Position numbers and translations under genes: made by a program. Below are positions 40,357 to 53,900 of a stretch of DNA of 64,000 nt, piece by piece. Location of the stretch: contig KZ538390.1 of NCBI GenBank assembly GCA_000934665.2, forward strand, positions 1-64,000, given 5' to 3'. A model generated the notes under the pieces. The model was not told the DNA's origin. It did not search any database and saw nothing but the letters and a program-made list of their open reading frames with translations. Source of the DNA: Catajapyx aquilonaris. Taxonomy: Eukaryota. How positions within the stretch are numbered: position 1 is the first letter of the stretch; each line of letters starts with the position of its first letter.

Positions 40357-43300
40357 TATAGGTTTTATTGCCGGCATTCAGTCACGTAATACTGTATAAC
40401 CATGTGCTTATAACTTATTAACTCCAATCCAAATCGTGCAGATGATCTCTCACCTCTGGCCCCTAAATGTTACTGGTGGCAACTGACTTTTACGACGCCT
40501 GGTATAACTAGTAGTAAACTATAATTCCGCCTCTCCTATCGATGGTGCACCAACTCATTCATAAAATTTTTACTGCAGTATGACATCTCTTCTACATGAT
40601 TTTCAACCCATCCCCGGAGCAAGTACTGCAGCTCTCAGAATAATATCTGCTAAGGTAGCAATGCTTGCAAGGGCTGCACCATGCAGGTACTGGACTCCTC
40701 GTTCGGTTGAAAATGATTCAAGGTCATAAAATTCATTTTCCTCTCCCTGAGCAGAAGGTGAACTTTGCAAAATTGGTTTGGTGTGGCTCTGTGCAATCTC
40801 GCAGCAGTCCTTCCAATGTCCTGGCATGAGGCTGATCTCAGAGGACAGGGCAAAGTGGATGTGACGGCGCATGGACTCCTCACCATCCCCCACATCCAGC
40901 TATCAGGCTTGTGTCTCTCCATGCGACAGTAAACGTCAACATACAACTGAACATGCCCTAACCCGGTTATAAGCCGCAAATATGCCACTGCACCTCATCT
41001 CTGTTTCTCCTGGGTGCTTGTGCTGCAGCTACCCCTACTAGAATTGCGTGTCTATCAATATTGCCATAGCTCTTTAAGTAGCGCACCATTATTTACCGTC
41101 GCGTCACGCTCGCGATCTTTCAATATTAGTGTTTGTGGGCTTTACTGCTTCCGTAATTACGGGAAGGATTGAAGTCTCTAGGATGAAAACTTTGTGCTCG
41201 GTAATTGCCTCAGGGGCCCATCGGCCTAGAAAAGAGAAGAGGCCCTGCTTGTGTGGGCGGGGAAAGACGGGAATGGCGGCAGATTTAGTAGAGCGCAAAA
41301 CGCTTGATGGATTACGTGTTGTCAAAGTCGGGCTTCCATGAGGAACTCAGACAAGGTCAAGTTGTCAGTGGCAGAAGCACAGTCACCCCGCCTCTCTGAC
41401 CCCCATCTATCACTGGAAGAGTCAGGACATTAGGCCTAACTCCCTCAAGTTTACATCGCAGCGACATCCAAAGCTCTCCGGAATGGACCGCCATTTCTTA
41501 CCAGCCTAAGACACATGAAACCAGCAAGGTGGGGTTTAATAAGATTTTTTTCCCCTCAAAAAGAAGGTCTACTGCTTCCCTCGCCATGATAGATGTGGAA
41601 TGTGTGGCAGCCAGCTTGTGTCCCGGTACCTGCGAATAAATCCTTGTCATGTTTGTGGGATTCAAGGCACCCCACAGAAATGACAGAGATTTTCAAAACT
41701 GCGGGGTGGGCTTTACTTTCGCTTCTAATCCGACCCAATCCTGCACATCAGTCACGAAATGTGTTTAGATATGCATCTTGTAATGGTAGGGACTTTCGCT
41801 CAAGCAGACGTATTTTAATCCTTTCTTTTCTGGCATTGAGGATCAGTCATAAATTCCGAATACGATTTTTCAGGTTATCCATTTTTCCACGGCAATTACT
41901 GCATAGCTGCATCATCCCCACCCAGCAGCAAGTCACAATACAAGCTACTCTATGAATAATAGTGTGTGATGTACTCCACTACGCCCTCAATAATTATTGG
42001 ATTTTAAACAGTTTTATTAATGCAACAGGATGATACAGACCTGATATTCTATGCATAAAATATGTGCTGAAATATGATAGACCTGTATACAAACAAGCAA
42101 GAGCTGACTGGTTCCAGGGACGGTCAGGACACACCATACCCTTGGAAAGAAATTACATGTCTATAGGTACTGTACATACACTGCACGAGAATAAAGGGAC
42201 TCAAAGGCCCGGATGGCAAAGAGCATGTAATTTTTAATGCTATTTTTAAAACCACAAGAAATAACATCGGGGAGCAAAAAGCTACATAAAAACAATTACT
42301 CTGTGCGAAATTTGAGTTCACTACAAGGACCCCAGTAGCCTACTTGGAACACACTATACATCAAAACGTTTCGGCCAATGGTATCCAAGAGCTATACAAT
42401 CCTCATCATTCGACAAATAAAAAGGGAAAAACTTCTAAATTGGGTGTTACACCACTTAAATTGGACGGGTAACCGGCAATTTAGACCAATTTCATCAACG
42501 AGATTCAGCAGTCTGGATGGTATACCTGTGCTCTCTCAGGTCTCAGGCACCCGGTCTGGAGACTGTTCTCGCTCAAATAGACAGGGAATACGTTACTGAG
42601 ATGCGTATGCATTGCGAGTTGCGCATCCAATCTAAGCGACGTAATTTCTCGCTTAAAGCTTGGTAAAGTGCTGATAACTGTTTAGAGAGAGGATATGTTT
42701 GTTCCTTACCGCTTTAACATACACTATAGCTATACTGATTTATTGTCAGGAATGTTCTGTCACTGCCTGAGTTTTTGCAAGAAATCTTACAGTGGTGTAA
42801 ATATAATCTTGAATATATTAAAATCGCAGTTTACGGAACTGGGCTTCTGCTCCGCAAAGTTGGCAGAAAGCTGAGTTATGTAACGCCCTAACTTTCTTAA
42901 AATACTATAAAGGTCAACCCGGAAATAGTAGCTTAAACAAATAACGACTCCCTCCCTCCTTCACCCCTCTCCTCCCTTGCTTCAATTTTCCTTCCCTTTC
43001 GCTATTATTATAAATTCCCTTCTTCCTCCTTTCATCCTCTCACCAGCACCTTCCTTTCCGATTTCACCTAATACCTGGACAAAGAAGAATATTATTGTTG
43101 CTAAGCAACGAAACAAACACAAAAGGGAATGCTATCAAACTAGTTATAAACATCTGTAAATGGGTATAAAGCATCTCATATGACCCCTGGGACGCTTCCA
43201 GGGTGAACGGGCCCTGATCCCTTACCGGTCTTCTATTCATGATGTCTCTTATTCATAACCTGCACAATGCAATGGTTGGTGCCGTTGGCTACAAAGGTGT

Positions 43301-43604
43301 AACTTCCAACCTCGGCTTCCAGGCAAACAAAGCGTTGCCGGACAGACACCACAGACAAATCCCTTCACACTGAGCTTTACTGTATGCAGAGTAGTACAAA
43401 ATGTCCGAACACCCTCTTTGACTGAGGTTTCTGGCGATATTTTAAAGCGATACTGACTTGTATTTGGGATCAATTACGGATATCATTGCATGTTAATTTT
43501 AGTTTCGCAAAAACTACATGTGAATAAGACAGTCATCCTGCCAGATATAATACTCTCAAAACAGAGGTGCTGCATAAGACAGTGTCTTAACACGCAGGAT
43601 ATTA

Positions 43605-43890
43605 TTGGACGTTTGGAAAAATTGGTGTAATATTGTCTTTAGACACTGGAAACCAAATATATTTGAGTTGGTCATTATCAAAAACCAGGCTATCTTCTTC
43701 GGTACGAATCCTTCAGGAAACAGGAAATTCCGATTTAGTGAATCTTTTCATGACCAATGGGAGATAGACCAATTTTGGAAATTTTCCATATCGTATTTGA
43801 AATAGGAATTTAACGTTGAATTGATGCGTGTAACCAGGAATTAACACACTTTTGACAACATGAGAGAGCCTGGTTTTGATAATGACCTGT
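43605..43890 (+). repeat. Old unclassified dispersed repeat, copy 2
   Basis: Same-orientation homolog of 16100-16380. Confidence 0.7.
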
Positions 43891-46800
43891 TCATTTACAG
43901 AGAGAATATAATTATTAGTTCTACAGTAAACTGAGTAGATTATGTAAACTACACTCTCGTGAATGCACCCAGTAGGGTAATACTTATGTTGCAGGGGATA
44001 TAAGATAACTGGCTTATTGAAAAGTAATATATTGTTAATCACGTTATTAACCTCAACAATTAATACCAATGAGCGACACTTGCTAAGTGTTGCACTTTGA
44101 AGTAAGACTTTTCCTAGTATCAAACTCCATCCAAGATTATAGGGTTTGTCAACACTCATCACTTCAATTACCAAAACTTATTTATTGTGCAGCCGTTTCC
44201 ACTCACCAGACTTCAAAGTTGAAAGTTATTATTAGATCGTCTCTCTCCAAAACTATCAACATCTTACCATTAACCATTACTTTCCAATCAAAATGCTTCT
44301 TTGCATATACAGCAGTAATCAAATACTGGAATCATTTATACTAGTGTCTTTTATACTTAATGATCCAGCATTTATTACATTGATGCGTACATCAAGTCTG
44401 TTTCCTCTTCTCAAAAACATCTGCGAATTAATCAGGGCCACGAAGCAATAAAACTCACTTGGAGTAGTCAAAACCCAGCAAAGGCCGTCCCATTTTCTTG
44501 GAGACCGTAGCCGTCACAATTACCTAGCATTGTAAAGGGTAATTTATGTCCCTTCAGAAATCATCTCTTACTTCTTCGGATACCATTTTGCTAGGCTAAC
44601 GGCCTCGATGGAACGGAATGTGTTTGCGAGGCACACCCTTCCTCCACATTCTCCCATCCCGCCCCCTATCCGAGTTATTAGTAAGCAGGCAGCTCCGGCA
44701 GAGCCGAAAAAATAATAAAGGCAAAATTGTTTCCTTAAGCACGAAGAGTCGGGCTGCTCTTCGGGTCCAATGGAACCAGGAAATTGGATCGTCTGAGGCC
44801 ATCTGTTTGCTCGTAAAGGGCGCGAATGGAGCACATTACTGCTCTCTTTTCCTCGTCGACAATGTGCAAGTTGCGCCCCGACCTCCACCACCCCACCCCT
44901 TTTCCCCAAGCACACTTAGACGAATGCGTGGCTGTTAAATAGCCGACTGGATATTGCTCGCCTTAAACTCAAGCGGCCATGAATCAAGACCCTGATGTTG
45001 CCGCAGGAACACACCCAAGCGTCTCACGGGAAAACACGGTGCCATTGCATCAGCTGGCACTTATTGTTGCTAGGTCAGTGATGGCACAAGTACAGCTCGT
45101 CGCAACCCCCAAAACGGCCCTAATTACAAGCTTTATGATCGGATATAAGGACCAGAAAGGAACCTTAAATCGCGAATGGATACCATGCACTAAAGAGTCT
45201 CGCTAGTTAGGAGGGGGGGGGGGAGCATTTTATTTTGTAAACTCAGAGGTAAATTATGGGTTAAAAAGAGCCAGCAGATATTGTTGTGGAAAATATTCTC
45301 GACAGTCATCCACTAACATGATTGGGTTATTCGACAGCGTGTCCCAAAGTCAGCTCGGATCCGGGTACATACCCTCCTGACTCAAGTTGGCACCCTTGTA
45401 ATCGTTCAGAAAATCCACCACACCCATTAAACTTGGGCGCTAACTTGACTTGCTTGTTAGAAGCCTACGCGGGATTTCCACTAACGTGGATCTAAGCTTA
45501 CTTTCGGGTCACCCTGTGTAGAGTTCTATGGGTCGTGCGGCATGTAATAATTGTCCCCACAGCCGACCACAACTTCCAGAATTACGAGCTAAATAATCAT
45601 TTCGCATCGAGAGCTGCAAAAAACAGGTTAAAAATAGACCATTCTAAAATCCGAAGAGCTTTGAATCATCATTTATTATGTAATATAATAGCATGATCGT
45701 CTAACTTCTTGCTCATTCGACATAAACCGAGCTCATAATAATTTTCATTCTCAACACTGTGGCCTGAGACCGGAGATAGTTTTACACCCAATATTGGCGC
45801 CACTGGTACAGACAAACCGGAAACATTGTAGCCTACTGCACTAAATTCGACACACACTGCAATAAAATAATATTGAACACATGAAACCGACAAGTGTAAA
45901 TTTTTTCTGAATTACTTCTACATTCCAGTACATGCATTAGATGACTGCATCAGTGTTGTTCTTTAAAAGTGAAAATCAACATTACCTCAAATAAAGATTT
46001 CCCATTTATTATTAAACGTACCGGTACAATTCCCTGGCGGTCAGAATGCTTACTAAAAGCCAATCATGAATAGTATGAAAATTGCTGTCTCTCTCACACG
46101 CAACTCCCATGCTCCCCACACACACAACACCTCATTCAAAAGTGAAATAAACATCAATGCATGCATCCAGCGCCCATCCAAAACATAATCCCTATTCAGT
46201 AATGCCCGCATTTTTTCCCCTATGCTGCTTACCCGCAATTAATCACTAAGCACTCCCATAAATCATTTATGACGTACTTTGGTGGCTTCCATAAGCTCTC
46301 ACTACTCCACTATTTTGAACCCAACTCCGTAGAGGGTCGCTGAAGCCGAGAGGGCGAGAGGGAGAAATAGAGAGTGGAAGAGCATGTCGTAGTGGCAAAG
46401 TGGAGAAAGACGGCATCGAAGCATCGGCCAAGCTTCCTCATGCATGAGTTGTGGTCAAAGGGGGTCAGGGGGAACTCTGTCACAAATAAGGGAAGGATGC
46501 AGGAGAGTGGGGGAGATGGGGAGGAGGGATAAATTTAGCCAGCCGGACGAGGTTGGCTCTCTCTTCAAGAGCTGCAGGCGGCCCCCAGGAATCCATTACC
46601 ATCACCGTCGGTTTTTCCAGATGGCTAGCTAAGGGGCCGGGTTCTGAGTGCCTGCCCAGTGCGCACTTGCGAGCCGCCTTCACAAGGAAAAAGGCGGCAT
46701 CGGGAATTGAGACTCCAAAGGGACACAAAAATTCTATACGCATTTTCATGTCGCCGGTCAAAGAAATGGTAATGGCGTTTTTAAGGGTTCTAAAATATTT

Positions 46801-47103
46801 TTTTTCCAAAGAGTTTCTTGACTAAGGTATAAACAGAGATGTGCGTTATCTAAGATTCAATAAGGTGCTAGCCGCTAGCGCTAGCGAGTACCTTAGTCAG
46901 TCAAGTATTCTTGCCTGCTGACATAGCTTCAAAACTACTTACGAAAATTGACGTAAATTTTTTTCTAAGACTATTTATGACTTGTTATTAGCTTATACTT
47001 TGAGTTGTTTTAGAACTATAATAGTAATGACAGATTTCCGTCTGACTACAATAATATATAGACACTGAAACATTATCAGGAATTGTGTATTAGGGGCCAC
47101 TGT

Positions 47104-47677
47104 TGTTCTTTATGCAATAAGAAGTTTCGTCAGACTCATAATACAGGGTATATCTGAACTCAGTGCCCCGACGTATATGACTGCCTTCCTAGCCACCAGA
47201 GGATCGATTTAAGTATAGGAGTCATTATGTCTGGCCGCCGCATTACGGAGATAATTGGCCGCAAACATGTAGTACAAAATATCCTGTCGGTTAGGCCACC
47301 CATCGAACCCTCCCCCAGTCAGAAGGCTCTGGAAGGTCTGGGGGCGGGACTTTGTTGGTTTGTTGCCCACAGGTGGTAAGGCCTCTTTGGCTAGTTACAC
47401 CAGAAAATTCTATTTAAAAGTCAGAAGGAGCGATTAGGCAAAAATCGCTAAAGAGTGTATCTCAGTAATGAGGCTGCCCAGACATAATGACTCCTCCACA
47501 TAAGTTGATCCTCTGGTGGCTAGGAAGTCAGTCATATACGTCGGGGCACTGAGTTCAGATACACCCTGTATAACAAACCACATGAAAAGTCATAGGTTGA
47601 AGAAACCATTTACGTGCAAAGTATCTAATAAGAGTTTTCTGTGCAACTCATATCTAAAAGGAAATATGAACACACAT
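47104..47677 (+). pseudogene. C2H2 zinc-finger gene relic interrupted by the MITE
   Basis: Removing the MITE plus one TA restores the frame CSLCNKKFRQTHNITNHMKSH-RLKKPFT-CKVSNKSFLCNSYLKGNMNTH. That is one canonical C2H2 finger, a TGEKP-like linker and a second finger that has lost a Cys and a His. Confidence 0.7.
47144..47568. mobile_element. Tc1/mariner-type MITE, 425 bp, long TIRs, TA TSD
   Basis: About 110-bp imperfect TIRs: CAGGGTATATCTGAACTCAGTGCCCCGACGTATATGACT... versus ...AGTCATATACGTCGGGGCACTGAGTTCAGATACACCCTG. TA flanks it at 47142-47143 and 47569-47570. Confidence 0.92.
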
Positions 47678-47812
47678 GATAATTATTTAGAAGTAATTTT
47701 TACATTGTATGCAAAAATTACCTATCAATAACATGTGTTTTCTTATGATTTCCAGGAAGATTGATTATACGCTATTACTTCTTACTTATGTACTACGTAC
47801 GAACTTGATGGA

Positions 47813-47813
<1 letters not shown>

Positions 47814-47876
<63 letters not shown>

Positions 47877-48124
47877 GATACCCGTGATAAGCCTCCTTGG
47901 GTTTTTTAGGTGATCATCTTTTAATTGACCATCTATAATCCTTGCCTTTGCTGTGATGGATTATGATATAGTGAGAAGAAACAGGAAAACCCCGAGAAAA
48001 CCCACGCGAACACAGAGAGAACCCATCGAAAATATATCCACATAAGTATCCTCTGTCCGTTCCGGGGATCGAACTCGGGACCTTATAGGTGGAAGGCTAA
48101 CCACTCCGCCACAGTGTAGCCCTA
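47814..48124 (-). mobile_element. tRNA-derived SINE with V/Meta-domain-like core and (TTA)n tail
   Basis: Minus strand: A box TGGCGGAGTGG, B box GAGTTCGATCCC, core GTTCTCTCTGTGTTCGCGTGGGTTTTCTCGGGG, and tail AACCCAAGGAGGCTTATCACGGGTATCC followed by (ATT)n at 47814-47875. Confidence 0.8.
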
Positions 48125-48281
48125 GGAAATCATTGTTTGATGCATTATTACTGTAAAAATTCATCCAGTTCTTAATAAAAATGCGTGGTTAATAAACATC
48201 GGCGTTCCTATTTCGGTTCATTTCAATAATACAATGTGTTTATTAGGTAGGCCTACCGGTACTGAAATGGCAATTACCTGG

Positions 48282-48620
48282 GGAGGTGTAGATGGCCGAG
48301 ATGGTAACATCTCGCCTTGCTGCCCAGGTTCGATCCCCGCCTGGGGAGTTCCTTTTCACCTGCGTCAGGAGGTTTCTGACCCGCGCCTTGGAGGTGTCTG
48401 ACAACCTAACCTCCTGGGGAATAGCACATGACCCATTTTCAGACATTACACTTGCACCTATGTTCCCTCCCCAAAAATCTCTATGCCTACCCTACATGCT
48501 ACTTCCTTGACCCCTTGCACCGGAGAATGAAGTTAATATAGAAAAATGGAGAGAAAATGGTGGTATTCCACCGCCCTGAAGGGGCCTACGCCCCTACGGG
48601 GTAAACAGCAAAAAAATAAA
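48282..48620 (+). mobile_element. tRNA-derived SINE, tail type B, A-rich end
   Basis: A box TGGCCGAGATGG and B box GGTTCGATCCC (48327-48337), with an A-rich tail. TSD AAATGGCAATTA(-/T)CCTGG at 48265-48281 and 48621-48638. Confidence 0.85.
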
Positions 48621-49668
48621 AAATGGCAATTATCCTGGAAAATTAATTACTGACAACCGTTGTCATTGGCACAATATTCAATATGCCAATTCAGTATTTT
48701 TCATTTTATTCCCCAATTGTTCAAAATATGTTTGGACATTACAAGTTCGCAATTATTAATTTTCATTCTGGTACACCCACCTTCTGATAAAACATGTCTT
48801 AGTGATATAATTATGACATACCGGTACATTTTCATAAGTTACAGATGGTATGAACATGTACATATTATAATGCAAATCAGGAAACAAGTAACATCACGTC
48901 ACTTTGCAATGGCGACGTTAACAGAAGAAGATCTGGGCTGTCATACCAGATATACTCGGTACCTCCTTTTTCATAAACCTTTTAACGACCGTACCCTATA
49001 GAGCCCGTAAATGCGACACCGTTTTAATCTACTCGTATGAATGGGGACAATAACATTATTGTGGTTTGAATATATTTGGCCTGGACAAAAAGAGATGTCC
49101 CGATCTCTCTTTTCCATCTATACAATATTATTTTATCACATTTTTTAACTCACAGTGCATAAAACAATGGAGTAAAATAATTCCTCTCTTCCTCGGCAGA
49201 GGTCAAGGCCGTTGCCTGACTATCGCCAAAAATTAATCTCTTTGTTGCGCGATTGACTTGATAAACTGCTAGGCATATCGTGTATGATATTCGTCCTTCT
49301 ATTGGTAAACTCTGCGGAGACCTATTTTCATAATGGAAATTAGTAAAAGGCACTTACTACAACAGCTGTAAGACTGATTTTCATCTAAAATGCTGGTTTT
49401 GGCCTAATATTTTGAAGCTATTGAGATATTGCAAATTGCAATCCAAAGACCTTTTTTGGTCAATTTTCTACTCTCGGTTCGGTGGCCAGGCTAAAAGTCA
49501 TTCGGGAACAAGGTCACGGAACCTATGCTACTGTACACTGCGTCCCTATATTACAAGGTACGAGCCCCCCAAAAAAGATATTTTTTCCCAATTTTTCCGC
49601 ATGCATAATTTTCTTACGGAGGGAGCAGGTGTCTCAGGGCCGGCAAATTCTGAAAAATTTCCTAGTAC

Positions 49669-49711
49669 ATATTATTATTATTATTATTATTATTATATTA
49701 TTATTATTATT
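49669..49711. repeat. (ATT)n microsatellite
   Basis: Direct reading; no adjacent SINE body recognised. Confidence 0.9.
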
Positions 49712-49923
49712 AGTAGAACTGAACGCGACATAAGAGCATATTATCACCAACTTAATTTGAAGTCATATAACATTCAATAAGGACCAGCTACATTAACTCA
49801 ATCAGCTGATTGCAGCATACGTATTCATTGGCATCACAACCTTGGTCTTGACACAAGCATACAGCACCATGTTTTTTTTTGTCTAGGAATGCTATATTAC
49901 TAAATCTAACATCACTACTCTCT

Positions 49924-50257
49924 GGGGAGACGGAGTGGCGCCGCGGTAACGCGCGCGCCCACGGAAGTTAAGGTCCCGGGTTCAATCCCCACCCGGGGTT
50001 CCCACCTTCTTTCGTGCTCTCTGGCTTCGTTTCGGGTGGCAATTTCCGATAGACTAAGCCACCCGGGGGAGTTCACAAAATGACGATTAGAGACATTGCA
50101 CTTGCACTTTGCACATCGCCTCCCACCCACCCTTGGAGTACACTAATTAAGATTCTTCTTAAACTCGCTCCAAAAACAAATTCCAATGATGGTAACCCAC
50201 CCCCCCTAAGGAGTAGCATAACTCCCCGCGTGGGGTAATGAAAAAAACTAAAACAAC
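49924..50257 (+). mobile_element. tRNA-derived SINE, family A head/body with tail type B
   Basis: Head GGGGAGACGGAGTGGCGCCGCGGTAACG...GGTTCAATCCC is nearly the same as family A. Perfect 16-bp TSD AACATCACTACTCTCT at 49908-49923 and 50258-50273. Confidence 0.92.
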
Positions 50258-50744
50258 AACATCACTACTCTCTTGTTAGTCTCAAGTACGAGTAATAATG
50301 GAAAAGGCATACGCGTATTTGAAATAGGTGAAATGGTCGTCTGGAACTTTGAATCAATAAATGACACCAATAAGGTATCAATCATATTGTATCGTTATCC
50401 ATGCCACAAATTAATATACGTAAATATAGCCCTATGTGAAAAAATGTAGGGATATCAAGATGGCCGAAAACTCTTTTCCGTTGGCTCTACAATAGCACGG
50501 AGGGACCTTTGTCATACTGAACATTCTACATCATTATTCAAATCATTTATCATCATCATCATTATTCCAGAAGTAGGCTACTTTTAGCTCTATTACACTG
50601 CATGTTTAATAATGTGTACAGTACAGAGTTTAAACATTTGAAAACCTACACCTCATGATTTATGAATATGTTTCCATACAAGTCATCATGCAGCCTACTT
50701 CAATGCAAAATGTGATGCCAAGGTTGCGAAAATGAACCATATAG

Positions 50745-50954
50745 TTAACAGACTATTGCGTTATGTTCGCTTAGGAGGACAATCTGTGCTTCACTGGAAT
50801 ACACCAGATACACCGCTACATTGTAAAAGCACTGAGAAAAAATGGTAGCTGAAGCAGGGTAGGCCAATAACTCATGCTCATGCCTTGACGCATTCTTGAA
50901 AGCTCCACTACACTGCTTGTGGTAGATGGAGAGTTGCAAGTAGCAGTGAACCAA
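50745..50954 (-). pseudogene. Possible decayed hAT transposase C-terminal dimerisation domain
   Basis: FKNASRHEHELLAYPASATIFSQCF has the spacing of FPxLSxxAxxLLxIPASSxxSERxF. Confidence 0.25.
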
Positions 50955-53900
50955 GTTCTCAGTGAAATATGCAGCGAGAAGATTAAATAAGGCATTCTTG
51001 TGCGGCCTGCAGAAACATAAAGCATTTAGAAAAGTGACTGTAATATTGGAGACCGCTAAATCAATATCCTGTTAGGATAATTCAGGAAAAGTATGTAGAT
51101 TGAAGAGTCGTGTGGAAAATTATTTTAATAGCGCTTTAAAAAGATAGAATTGGATAGAATTCTCAGAAAAAGAAGAAAACCTTTATCATTCCTGATGTAA
51201 CAGGTGTTTTTTTACATAATAAAGTGATGTAATTTACCGCTATATGAAATGACTAGGGCGTTAGGGCCTGCTTTGCTACATGATGCAACCACATGGTATA
51301 AGTGCAGAATCTCCATGCATTTCTGATATACATCAAAATCCGTGCAATCTTGCGTGATAAATGTGGCAGATGTTTTTGGTTTATGCAGCCTCCAACTATA
51401 GAGCTGAGTTTTGGGATTACTTGTTTAATCTGCAGTAAAATATTTCACAAATTAACATCCTGATTGACACATAATACAGTACCCATATTGACGAGGATGG
51501 AGAGGATAGATGGATTAATGACTCCTGGCGATATAAGCAATATCGGCGGCATACAAAGTAAAAGAAGACCCAAACCTTGTGCCGAGTCTGGATTTGAGAT
51601 GATGAGGCCCAGAAGAGACTAATATTCATCAAATTTCTTCCGTTTCCCCTGTACGGATAGACATCCTGGGCAGATGAACCCTCTGTACAGGAAAACAGCA
51701 TATTGAATCGTGAATACGTTACGTAGATGGTGCACGCAATCATTTCGCATAGGCATATTATTGCCATTTTATAACGAGAATGGCCTTATGAATGTGAAGC
51801 TTTCTCACTGGCAAGAAATATTCGTCTAGTTCTGATGTGACATGCAAGTCAATTGATATGCAACCTTTCTATACAAATTGTGGATCCGACTGCAGAGCAT
51901 TAAATTTCATCATGCGCGCTGCAAGAGAGGAAAGTGGTGGGCGGGGAGAAGAGTGAAAAATTGCATTTTAAAGTGAAATGGGTTTAACATTGAAATTTAT
52001 TGTAATTGGTGGCTGTCGCAGTCCAAGATACGAGACACAATAAAAATGAGAGGGACCTTGGCGACGTAGGGAACTCGTTTCGTAATGGCAGAAATTTATT
52101 GAAGAGAAGGGATATCCCCTAATCCGCATTCACTTGGCTTGAATCCGGCAGTGAATCGGAACGGATAGACGTAGCAACCCTCTCCATCCCCTCCTCCCCA
52201 ACTTCCAAATGCTGGGCGGAGCAAGGGCAGGAATTCTTATTAGTGGCGGGCCTCCACTGTTATATATAAATTACCAAAAGCTGTTCCGAACGAGGTCATT
52301 AAGGATAGAGGATTCTTATGCCATCCATAAAGGTCAGAGTCCGCATTAGGAAGAATGGCCAATGGAAGTTGTGTTCCCCATTGAGCTCAATATTAAGGAA
52401 ACAAGACGTGACTTTGATATATCACGCGCAATTCCACTTTGAACATTTATGGAGCAAAAAAGACGCCTGAGTGCATTAGCCTACAGCTCCGCAAGAAAAT
52501 GACTAATTTATGCTATTGAGCATTTTACACAAGTCTAGCCACATTTCCCTCATTTTCACTCCTTCCGCAACCAACCAAGGTAACGGGGCCCATATTTGTC
52601 TATTGCCGGGGAACTAACAAGCATTTATCTCGGTATCAATTGAAAGTCTAATTAGTCCCAATTATCAGGAAGGTACGCAGGCGTGTAATGAGATAAGGTG
52701 CGAGGGGAATAAATACTAGGCAAACACAGCATCGTTTCTCTGTAACCGGGGCGGCAACCTCCATTTTGGGATGCAGGCAGCAAGCCCATGATGTCGCTGT
52801 GGGGAAGGGACCAGAGCGAGGCCTGTCAGCAAGGAAGCAAATGGGGACGTGATGGCGGATAAGGCTGCCTTCCAGGTTGCAGGCGAAAGGAGGAAGTTAG
52901 AGAAGCGCATCCAGGGACGAGAAGAGGAAAGAGGGCTGTTCTTAGGACCCAAAGGCAAGGGGGGCCGTGGTCGCCACTTAGGCAGACGTGCAGTTGAGGA
53001 GTTACGGGCTCAGCAGTTCCAATGGAAGGGCCAATTTGACAGGAAACGGACAGTGAAGAAAGGGACCCTTCCCAGCATTTGAATTAATCCCCCGTCTGCA
53101 AGCCAGGTTCCTCGCCCTCTACCTTCTTCAACGGACCTGATATGCTTCAAAATTCCACTCGTGCTATTCTACTTATAATTTTCCTATTTATTGTTAATTG
53201 ATGCTTTGTAACAAAATAATTCAGTTGATATTGCAAGGAAATTACTGTTTACTTCAGGAAGAATATTGTTGCAGGATCTGGAGTATGCACAGTGCAGTGC
53301 AAAATAATACAATGAAGTAGGCCTCCTTTGATTATTTTGGTTTCATTAGTGCATGCATTGTCAGTGGCGTAATATTGTATGAGAATGTAGAAGTTCTTTT
53401 AATATTTCTGTTTGGATATGAGCAGTGTGTGGCAGTTGCACGCAGTTCCTCTGGTATACACTGTAAAACCGCATCCTGCTTTATGTTATTTTGTCTGCTA
53501 CGGGTGAAACCTATCAGGTTGTAGCCTGATAAAGAAAATTAATTTTAAATTGCCTTTCCTATGTTATCCCTCAGGCCAGGGGGAAACTGCTGTAATTAAA
53601 CTAAACTAAATAATATTGTACTGCATGTATGGCCAGTTGCACGAACTCAGGTCAACATTACCATAGAACTATCAAGATACTATAGAACTTAGATTATTAT
53701 CGAAATTTATTCTTCATTAATTTGCAACTTCTCTAATGCTGGCAGTTAAACATCGATTTCCTTAGAAATTCCGTTGAACCCTGTTCAGCATATAGTACTC
53801 CTTTATTAGTATAAAAATGTCCCGCGGTGATGATTTAAACTCAATTCAGAATTTATTGACTACCGATTATAACACGAAATTAATATGCCTCATTGAAATC

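Noticed and set aside
47122..47141. Hammerhead-like TTATGA-GTC-T-GAC-GAAAC on the minus strand
   Set aside because: It has no loop and the core is incomplete; the zinc-finger coding sequence explains it.
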